From an uncultured Rivularia sp. (GTDB taxonomy: Bacteria > Cyanobacteriota > Cyanobacteriia > Cyanobacteriales > Nostocaceae), in assembly GCA_963665115.1 (NCBI GenBank), contig OY762007.1:1824001-1888000 (forward strand): a stretch of DNA of 64,000 nucleotides. Direction: 5' to 3'. The position numbers and the translations under genes were made by a program. Below the pieces are notes generated by a model. It was not told the origin of the DNA, ran no database searches, and saw only the letters and a program-made list of their open reading frames with translations. This document shows, in pieces, positions 56,248-64,000 of the stretch; positions within the stretch are counted from its first letter, which is position 1, and each line of letters opens with the position of its first letter.

Positions 56248-56509
56248 AATAGCTATCTAAAAATTTTAATTAATTATAATTATCTCAAAATAACAAATTT
56301 TATCCAACAACAACCACAGTTTTTCAAGACGTAGCAGTGCGAAGTCTCTACACCCAATTGCGTAATTACACCCTTATACCGTCAAAATCGAAGTTTATAT
56401 AATATTAATATAAAACACTAATTTATTTGTTCGTAGTAAGGGATTTATCCTTTATCTCCACGTCTAAATTCTTATTTATCTAATCTATATAAAACCAAAT
56501 TTAATAACC

Positions 56510-58666
56510 ATGTCATCTACCTTAAATACACTTATCGAAGGTGTAAGTGAAATTCAGCGTGGAAATTTTTCTACCGCTATAGAATTATTAGAAGAATATT
56601 GTCAAAACTATCAAACCGATTCCGAAGATAATTACTCGGAATACATTTATGCTCAGCAACACATTGTCAAAGCTTACGGTTATCTTGGAGATAAATCAAA
56701 AGCAATTGAGCGTACCAAAGAATTAGCAATAAGCGGACACCCTCAAATCAAAAAATGGGCTAAACGGGTACTTGCTTATCTATCTCCAGAAGCTTACCAA
56801 TCGCTACCTCAAGAAGTAATTGAAAGCAATAATAAACCGCTTTGGGATAGTGAATCTGCAAAGTTGGTATTGTATTCAATAAATGACTATTTAGAATTCG
56901 GAAGTAGTTCTCATGTTGTTGAAAGTTTAGAATCAGCTTGTGAAAGTCTAAAATTTAATAGTAAAGAACGTCTCTATGCACAGGCTTTATTAATTGAAGC
57001 TTACAATCTTAACGGACAATCAAAAAATGCAGTAGCACTTTGTAATCAACTTCTTAACAGCAAGCATTATGTAACTAGATTACTCGCAAATAAATATTTA
57101 TCTTCTTTGTCAAACCATCAATGGGTAAGAAAAAGGAATCTAGGAAAAGAAACGAAATTATTAACTGATAAACAAGCTTCGATTCTTTATCATCAAGGAT
57201 ATAATGCGTTGCTGGATAAAAATTACGCTAAAGCATTCGATATATTTGAAGAATACTGTGAAACTGCTTTACCGGGAACTAGAGAATATTTACAAGCTAG
57301 TAAGTATTTAGTTCATTTTTATCAAAGTAATGGAGAATTGGAACTCGCTACTAAGCTCTGCATAAACTTAATTACCAGCGATGATAAACCCAGTCAAAGA
57401 TGGTCACGAGAATTACTTTTTACCGATTTATTTCGCGAAACTCCACCCGAAAATCCAATTGAGAATCTAGATTTATCTATAGAAACAGCAAGTCTTGACT
57501 CATCTGCTGTCACAGATACGCAATTACAAAGCTCAATCTCAAAGACTAATTTCAAACCTTTTCGCTTAAAGACACTCTACGAATTCAAACATTTTTATGA
57601 ACAAAGCTTGCTTAAAAGTTTAAAACTCTTTGAAACCAGACGAAAGCAAGCAATAGCAACGATTATAGTTTGTAATATTACCGCTTTTTCGATAATACTA
57701 TTATTTTTCAAATTTCCATCTGTTATTTATTTCTCTTTAATTGTACTATTCTCTATCATATATTTATTGTTTTATCATTCTGCATTTAAAGCATTTACTT
57801 ATAATTTTGAAGATAATATAATTCACAAAATATATCAGTTTATTGATACAAATGGATATTTTAATATATCTATTGCATCTTCAGAGAAAGAAAATAATCA
57901 AACTCTTATTGATATACGTAACAGCCAATTTTTCAATGGTTTGATAGAACCCAATTATATTGAACAAAATCATTTAATTAATGGAAGCATCAACAATATA
58001 GAGATAAAGCTAGCATCTATCAATATTAATTCATTAAACAATCATCCTTGGACAAAAATATTTAATATAAATAGAAAACAAGATGTAAAATCATCAGTTA
58101 CCGTAATTTCAGTTTTTGCAGCAATTACATTAATCGCTTTCCGACTATTTAAAGGGATACCTTATGTCTTTAACCGAATGATGCACGGTAAAAACTTAGA
58201 TTTCCAACGTTTTCAGATTGAAGTACTAAAAAATGAAACTTATAATATTCGAGTTTTCAAAGGATTATTTTTCACAGCTAAATCTAAAAGATTATCTCAA
58301 GCATTAACAGTAATTAGACCAAAGCTATCAGAAAATGAAATAAATTTGCTATATTACGGTAAAAAACAATTTATTAAACTTGAAGATGCTGAATTTAATT
58401 CTTTATTTACAGTTTATAGTGAAGACCAATTACAAGCAAGAAAAATTTTATCTGTAGAGTTCATTGAAAAGCTGGTTCGATTGCGGAAAAAAGTAAATAA
58501 AAACATTTATCTTTCTTTCGTCGATGACATGATATACATAGCTATTGAGTACCCAGAAGGAATATTTGAACCAAACCTATTTAAAAGTATGCTCAAATTT
58601 GCACCAGTGCGAAGGTATTTTGAAGCAGTGCAGTTTATGTTAGGGATTGTTGAATATTTTAAATAA
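56510..58666 (+). CDS. TPR-like repeat protein fused to a DUF3137-like membrane domain
   Basis: Three A..LLEEYC...Y..A...V.AY repeats; FKGLFF, IKLEDAEFNSLF.VYSEDQ.QARKILS. Confidence 0.75.
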   Translation: MSSTLNTLIEGVSEIQRGNFSTAIELLEEYCQNYQTDSEDNYSEYIYAQQHIVKAYGYLGDKSKAIERTKELAISGHPQIKKWAKRVLAYLSPEAYQSLPQEVIESNNKPLWDSESAKLVLYSINDYLEFGSSSHVVESLESACESLKFNSKERLYAQALLIEAYNLNGQSKNAVALCNQLLNSKHYVTRLLANKYLSSLSNHQWVRKRNLGKETKLLTDKQASILYHQGYNALLDKNYAKAFDIFEEYCETALPGTREYLQASKYLVHFYQSNGELELATKLCINLITSDDKPSQRWSRELLFTDLFRETPPENPIENLDLSIETASLDSSAVTDTQLQSSISKTNFKPFRLKTLYEFKHFYEQSLLKSLKLFETRRKQAIATIIVCNITAFSIILLFFKFPSVIYFSLIVLFSIIYLLFYHSAFKAFTYNFEDNIIHKIYQFIDTNGYFNISIASSEKENNQTLIDIRNSQFFNGLIEPNYIEQNHLINGSINNIEIKLASININSLNNHPWTKIFNINRKQDVKSSVTVISVFAAITLIAFRLFKGIPYVFNRMMHGKNLDFQRFQIEVLKNETYNIRVFKGLFFTAKSKRLSQALTVIRPKLSENEINLLYYGKKQFIKLEDAEFNSLFTVYSEDQLQARKILSVEFIEKLVRLRKKVNKNIYLSFVDDMIYIAIEYPEGIFEPNLFKSMLKFAPVRRYFEAVQFMLGIVEYFK

Positions 58667-58687
58667 AAACTGAATCGAAGTATTTTA

Positions 58688-58718
58688 TAAACCCGGTTTC
58701 TTAAAGAAACCGGGTTTA
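58688..58718. terminator. Perfect palindrome between convergent genes; bidirectional terminator or REP
   Basis: taaaacccggtttct-taa-agaaaccgggttta. Confidence 0.7.
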
Positions 58719-58736
58719 TGAAAATGCTAATAATAA

Positions 58737-60497
58737 CTACATCCTCTCCAACACCTCAATTCCCAACAAATTTAAACCCAACTTCAAAGTTCTCGCTGTC
58801 AAATCGCACAATGCTAACCGCGATGTTTTAACAGGTTCTTCCGATTTTAAAACCGGACAATTTTCAAAGAATTGATTAAACTTTTCACTCAGTTGATAAA
58901 GGTATTCACATAAGCGATTTGGAAGTAATTCTTGCTCAACTTCAGCAACTACTTCATCTAGCTGCAAAATATGTTTTGCTAAAGTTAATTCAGCTTCTTC
59001 CTTGAGCATGATTTTGATATTATCACCTAAGTTTTGATAGTCAATATCGCCTTTTCTACTAATACTTTGAGTTCTCGCATAAGCATAAAGCATATAAGGT
59101 GCGGTATTACCTTTAAGTGCAAGCATTTTATCAAAGCTAAATTTATAATTACCAGTACGGTTTTGACTCAAGTCAGCATATTTAACTGCGCTAATTCCTA
59201 CAACTTTAGCAACATTAGCAATAAAATCTTCTGTTTCTTCTCTTCCTTCTTCCCCTTTCAGTCTTGTTTCTAAATCTTCACGACACCGGGAAACTGCTTC
59301 ATCTAATAAATCCCGCAATCTCACTGTTTCCCCAGAGCGGGTTTTTAGTTTCTTCCCATCTTCTCCTAATACCAAACCGAAAGGTACGTGAACAATTTCC
59401 ACATCTTCGGGAATCCAGTTAGCGCGGTTTGCTACTTGAAAAACACTAGCAAAATGGTTTGCTTGTCCAGCGTCGGTGACATAAATTAATCTTTTGGCTT
59501 CGTCTTTGCGTATTCTGTAACGTAATGCGGCTAAATCTGTTGTTGCGTAGTTATAACCGCCATCGGATTTCTGTACAATTAACGGTAAAGGTTCGCCTTC
59601 TCTATTTTTAAACCCTTCTAAAAATACAACTTTTGCACCATCGCTTGATTCTAATAATCCCGCTTTATTTAAATCTTCCACGACTTCTGGTAACAAAGGA
59701 TTGTAGAAAGATTCACCTCTTTCTTCTACCTTGATATCGAGTAAATCGTAAATTACCTGAAACTCTTGTCGAGATTGTTCGCAAAGTAATTTCCAAGCGC
59801 GAATAGTGTCTTCCGCACCCGCTTGTAATTTGACAACTTCATTCCGCGACTTTTCTTGAAATTCCTCATCTTCATCAAACCGTTTTTTGGCTTGCTTGTA
59901 AAAATTAACTAAATCTCCAATATTTAAAGCATTTGCAGTAGTCAACGCTTCGGGTGAAACTTCGCGAAGATTGGTAATTAACATTCCGAACTGCGTACCC
60001 CAGTCACCAACATGATTTAAGCGGATTACATCATGTCCCCGGAATTCCAAAATTCTGGCGATCGCATCACCGATAATAGTAGAGCGTAAATGTCCGACGT
60101 GCATCTCCTTAGCAATATTCGGGCTGGAAAAATCCACAACTTCCCGCTTTGGCTGCTTTGCTGTGGGTACCCCCAAACGCGAATCGGTTTGAATCGAATT
60201 TAACTGCGCTTCAAGGTATGATGTTTGTAACCGTAAATTGATAAAACCGGGACCAGCAATTTCTGGCTTCTCGCAAATATCGGAAACATCAAGATTATCA
60301 ACCACCTGCTTTGCAATATCTCTCGGTTTTTGTCCCAACTTCTTCGCTAAAGACAAAGCCATATTTGCTTGAAAATCCCCAAACTTAGGATTTGACGCAG
60401 GAACTAAAATTGGATCGGTGTCGGCATATTCATTACCGAAAGCCTTGCTTAAAGCTAGCTTTAACTGCTGTTTTAGATGTTCTTGTGTAGCGTTCAT
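58737..60497 (-). CDS. argS: Arginine--tRNA ligase
   Basis: [43 protein letters not shown]. Confidence 0.98.
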   Translation of the reverse strand: MNATQEHLKQQLKLALSKAFGNEYADTDPILVPASNPKFGDFQANMALSLAKKLGQKPRDIAKQVVDNLDVSDICEKPEIAGPGFINLRLQTSYLEAQLNSIQTDSRLGVPTAKQPKREVVDFSSPNIAKEMHVGHLRSTIIGDAIARILEFRGHDVIRLNHVGDWGTQFGMLITNLREVSPEALTTANALNIGDLVNFYKQAKKRFDEDEEFQEKSRNEVVKLQAGAEDTIRAWKLLCEQSRQEFQVIYDLLDIKVEERGESFYNPLLPEVVEDLNKAGLLESSDGAKVVFLEGFKNREGEPLPLIVQKSDGGYNYATTDLAALRYRIRKDEAKRLIYVTDAGQANHFASVFQVANRANWIPEDVEIVHVPFGLVLGEDGKKLKTRSGETVRLRDLLDEAVSRCREDLETRLKGEEGREETEDFIANVAKVVGISAVKYADLSQNRTGNYKFSFDKMLALKGNTAPYMLYAYARTQSISRKGDIDYQNLGDNIKIMLKEEAELTLAKHILQLDEVVAEVEQELLPNRLCEYLYQLSEKFNQFFENCPVLKSEEPVKTSRLALCDLTARTLKLGLNLLGIEVLERM

Positions 60498-60778
60498 ATG
60501 TAAATTTTCTCTTAATCTTACTGCTTACTTGAGTGCAATACAAAAAAGCATATTCATTGATTTTGGAACGTTGTAGCTGACTCAAAATTCTACAATATGA
60601 CAGGTGTATTTTACCGCTTATATTTTTCGTTAGCGGTTTGATACATCTATATATAGTCACTTGCAATATATCTACTTATCCAGCTTGATGTGAAAAAGCT
60701 TATGGTAGCGAATTACTTTCTTCGTCGTCTCATAATACGTTTATGCTACATATATGTAACGAGTGTAGCACAAATCTT

Positions 60779-61471
60779 TTAGCCAAAATCAGCAGAATTT
60801 AATCGAACTGTATTTCCAACCGATGATTTAATTCCAAAAATCACTCGATATCTAAGGGTTATTTCTCGAACAGCATTTTCAAGTTTTCTATAATTTGCAT
60901 CAACTTTTGATGATGTTGTAACCATTTTATCTTGTAATTCATTCTCATAAATTTCTGATTCTCCTATTATTGGAGAAAGTTCTTCGATTTTTACAACATT
61001 TTTAATATTAATATTCGCTGAATCTGCTAAAAGCGTTGCATGAGAGTAAGCATTTTTAATTGCTGCTTTTTTCGCTTGTTCCTTTACTTCTACACTTGCG
61101 CTAAATACAGGCTGACACATATCTAAAGTAAATGAATAGCGCGGTTTTCTGAATAATTTTTCTAACGTAGAGACAGCTTGTAATAAACGAGATATCTCGG
61201 AACAGGAAACAATAATTTTCTGCTTTGCTTCCTGTCTTATTCTTCTGCGATTTAAAGAGCGTTCCCGTACATCCATACCTCCTTCTTTTAATTCAGATTC
61301 TTTTAAACCGTTTGATAACAAAGTTTCAATACAAAGATTGCGTAGAATCGTAATTTCATTTAAAGGAATTTTTGTGCGATTTGTCCATACAATTATATTG
61401 ATATTCGCAACGTATTTTTGTACTCTTTCTAAATACTTCGATTCTCCGATAACTTCAATGTGAGATTGCAT
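60779..61471 (-). CDS. SIMPL (DUF541)-like protein
   Basis: IEVIGE, AKKAAIKNA..HA..LA...N...VVKIEE, final V.F strand. Confidence 0.7.
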   Translation of the reverse strand: MQSHIEVIGESKYLERVQKYVANINIIVWTNRTKIPLNEITILRNLCIETLLSNGLKESELKEGGMDVRERSLNRRRIRQEAKQKIIVSCSEISRLLQAVSTLEKLFRKPRYSFTLDMCQPVFSASVEVKEQAKKAAIKNAYSHATLLADSANINIKNVVKIEELSPIIGESEIYENELQDKMVTTSSKVDANYRKLENAVREITLRYRVIFGIKSSVGNTVRLNSADFG

Positions 61472-61763
61472 ATTAATTCTTCTATTGTAGAATAAACAAT
61501 TATCTAAACTCCAGCACTAAGATAAAACAAATAAGGAAACAAAATTGTCAAATGCTTCCCCATAAAGCTATATGCTGAGTACCGGGTGTAATATCCATAT
61601 GACGATGCTTTAAGTAAGAACAATATCGTAAATAATCAGTAATAATTGGTGTGAGGATAAAACAAGATAAAAAAATAAAATAAAAATGGTTTCAGCTTAT
61701 CCCTATATTTAAGAGCCTTGAAAGCAACTGTCATTATTGACGATTTTTGGTTTATTATATCCA

Positions 61764-61862
61764 ACATCTTGCACCATCTAAAAATCTTGCCCAGTCTGAT
61801 TTATCAGACTTTGTATATTAGCCTAAGAATTTATTCTAAGGCGCTGTTGAGAATGGTGCAAC
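61764..61862. repeat. MITE-like element with TTGCACCAT inverted ends
   Basis: acatcttgcaccat ... atggtgcaa; related end at 23295-23312. Confidence 0.55.
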
Positions 61863-61895
61863 TCTATGAAAAAACAAACTTTATTCTAATAAATT

Positions 61896-62000
61896 AGTTT
61901 GGGGGGAATTGAAGGTTATTTACTTATCGAAGATATTGCTAAAATTACCCGAGTCTGTATTTACGATCGCGCTGGATATGGTTGGAGTCATTGTAGCCCT
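61896..62000 (+). pseudogene. Alpha/beta hydrolase fragment
   Basis: Translates to SLGGIEGYLLIEDIAKITRVCIYDRAGYGWS; no in-frame start. Confidence 0.7.
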
Positions 62001-62090
62001 TTTATTTGGGTTGATAGCCCGGAAATTATTTTAAATAAATTAGGTTATAACAATCAATAGAAAACCGATAATTATTATACTAAATCTCTT

Positions 62091-63065
62091 ATGAGTATTT
62101 CTAAATTAATTTCCCGTATCGGATGGATTTACGTCATTTTATTTTTTCTATGGATTGCATTACGCTTTCTCTTCTTCGATAGTTTATGGGTATTGGCTTT
62201 AATCAATACTTTAGCCTTATATCTTTTTGTTCCTTTAGTAATATTTTTACCCTTTGCGCTGTTATTTAGAAAATCGTACTTATTTTTTGGGCTTTGTTTT
62301 CCTTTGGGTTTGTTTATTGGCTTGTACAGTTCCTTTTTTCTACCGTCTTTATCAATTCCTGTTTCTCAAAACCAACAAACCATAAAAGCAATGACATTCA
62401 ATATGCTTCGGAGTAACACCGACTATGATTCAATAGTTAAAATGGTGGCTGAAAATAATCCCGATATTATCGGTTTACAAGAAGTAACTCCGCAAGCTGC
62501 ACCCATTTTAATTAAACGTTTGGAAAAGGGTTATCCCTATCGTGCTTTTCATCCCATTGAACTTTCTCATAATGTCGGAATTTTAAGTCGTTTTCCCATT
62601 GACAAACTTATTGCTTTACCCGCACCACCTATAAAACGCGGAATTCAAGTAACCCTTCGTTTAAAGAATGGAGAACCAATAGAGGCAATAGTTGCACATT
62701 TAATTCCATTTTATCCCCTGAATAATTTTTATCGATTAGCTCAAGATTGGTATGCTAATCGTGCCAAGGAAGTGTCTTATTTAAGTAATATCGTAAAACA
62801 GTATGATGAGCCAGTAATAGTTATGTGTGACTGTAATTTTACAGATACTTCAGAAACTTATTCTCAAATGCAAAATGCAATGAGCGATAGTTTTCATCAA
62901 GCAGGATGGGGTTTTGGACATACATTTAAAGGTAAACATTTTCCTGTAGGAAGAATTGATTATATTTGGCATACTGAAGATATTAAAACTCTTGAAGCTT
63001 ACGTTGCAAAGGGAGGAGGTTCAGATCATTTTCCGTTAGTTGCGAAATTGCAGCTTGTAAAATAG
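62091..63065 (+). CDS. Membrane-anchored endonuclease/exonuclease/phosphatase (EEP) protein
   Basis: MTFN, PDIIGLQEV, D.N, RIDYI, SDHFP. Confidence 0.9.
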   Translation: MSISKLISRIGWIYVILFFLWIALRFLFFDSLWVLALINTLALYLFVPLVIFLPFALLFRKSYLFFGLCFPLGLFIGLYSSFFLPSLSIPVSQNQQTIKAMTFNMLRSNTDYDSIVKMVAENNPDIIGLQEVTPQAAPILIKRLEKGYPYRAFHPIELSHNVGILSRFPIDKLIALPAPPIKRGIQVTLRLKNGEPIEAIVAHLIPFYPLNNFYRLAQDWYANRAKEVSYLSNIVKQYDEPVIVMCDCNFTDTSETYSQMQNAMSDSFHQAGWGFGHTFKGKHFPVGRIDYIWHTEDIKTLEAYVAKGGGSDHFPLVAKLQLVK

Positions 63066-63145
63066 AACAAAGCTTTCATAATTACTTTTAGATAAAATAT
63101 CAGATAGAACGCGATTAAGTTGCCTGGTTGTATGGGAGACTAACC

Positions 63146-63697
63146 ATGACAGTAACTCTAGCCAAATGGACGATAGCAGAATATCACCAAATGATTGAAG
63201 CGGGAATATTTGACAATCGTCGCGTGGAATTGTTGAAGGGAGAAATTGTAGAGATGTCACCAGAAGGGGAACCCCATGCTTATTTTAGTAGTGAAGCTGA
63301 AGAATACTTAATTTATTTATTAGGTAGACGTGTAAAAGTTCGTCCAGCAAAGCCCATTACACTTCCCAATAATTCCGAACCCGAACCAGATATTGCTATT
63401 GTTGAACCATTAGGACGCGAATATTTAGAACATCATCCTTATCCCGAAAACGTTTTCTGGCTAATAGAGTATTCTAATTCCAGCTTAGAAAAAGACTTAG
63501 AAACGAAAACAAAAATTTACGCTGAAGTCGGAATCATTGAATATTGGGTAGTAAATCTTAAAAAAAGGCAATTAATTGTATTTAGAGAACCATCTGATGG
63601 GGAGTACGCTTCAAAATCTACAATAACCGAAGGGACGATTTACCCGTTAGCATTTCCGGATACCGCTGTATCGGTAGATAGGATTGTCAGTAACTGA
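63146..63697 (+). CDS. Uma2 (DUF820) family endonuclease
   Basis: KWTIAEYHQM, VELLKGEI, SEPEPDIAIV, EYWVVNL. Confidence 0.93.
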   Translation: MTVTLAKWTIAEYHQMIEAGIFDNRRVELLKGEIVEMSPEGEPHAYFSSEAEEYLIYLLGRRVKVRPAKPITLPNNSEPEPDIAIVEPLGREYLEHHPYPENVFWLIEYSNSSLEKDLETKTKIYAEVGIIEYWVVNLKKRQLIVFREPSDGEYASKSTITEGTIYPLAFPDTAVSVDRIVSN

Positions 63698-63716
63698 TTA
63701 TTCCCAGTCCAAAATC

Positions 63717-64000
63717 CTAAATGATTCTCATACTTAAATCTAACCATTTTGACTGAGTAATCGGCGCACTACTCGAAATATAATCAACTCCGGTTTCAGC
63801 GATATCGCGAATAGTTTCCAGTGTGACGTTACCGGAAGCTTCAATTTTCACTCTATTATTATGCTGACGAATAACTTTCACAGCCTCCCGCATCATATCC
63901 GGCTTCATATTATCCAACATAATAATATCGGCTTTGTATTCCAAAGCCTCTTTTACTTGTTCTAAATTTTCAGTCTCCACTTCTATAGTTAAAGGATAAG
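63717..64000 (-). CDS. nadC: Nicotinate-nucleotide pyrophosphorylase (carboxylating), 3' part
   Basis: EVETENL, ADIIMLDN, IEASGN, TGVDYIS, LDLSM. Confidence 0.93.
   Translation of the reverse strand, partial: YPLTIEVETENLEQVKEALEYKADIIMLDNMKPDMMREAVKVIRQHNNRVKIEASGNVTLETIRDIAETGVDYISSSAPITQSKWLDLSMRII

Overview
AT-rich chromosomal window from a heterocyst-forming (Nostocales-type) cyanobacterium. This is inferred from abundant HIP1 GCGATCGC sites, heptamer STRR tracts, and the ycf54, petG and cytM genes. The backbone is housekeeping: pdxJ, ycf54, crtE, folD, mutS, perR-prxII, cytM-petG, rsmD, hisH, a complete minus-strand rrn operon (16S, tRNA-Ile, tRNA-Ala, 23S, 5S), an mrp Na+/H+ antiporter operon, argS and nadC. 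The accessory features of most interest are: (1) a tnpA-less IS200/IS605-type element with readable ends, a zinc-finger-less TnpB and a divergent small RHH-like gene; (2) an unannotated 6S-like structured RNA; (3) an LRV/HEAT-repeat gene plus NuiA-like gene module, present intact on one side of the mrp operon and decayed on the other; (4) an ABC-ATPase/DUF4276 pair, a candidate defence system; (5) GTAG-led REP-like palindromes with a near-constant 36-39 nt variable loop. The window also holds six Uma2-family genes, nested small dispersed repeats and several pseudogene remnants. Four apparent +1 homopolymer frameshifts, one in essential folD, suggest assembly errors. All family assignments come from motif recognition, not database searches.
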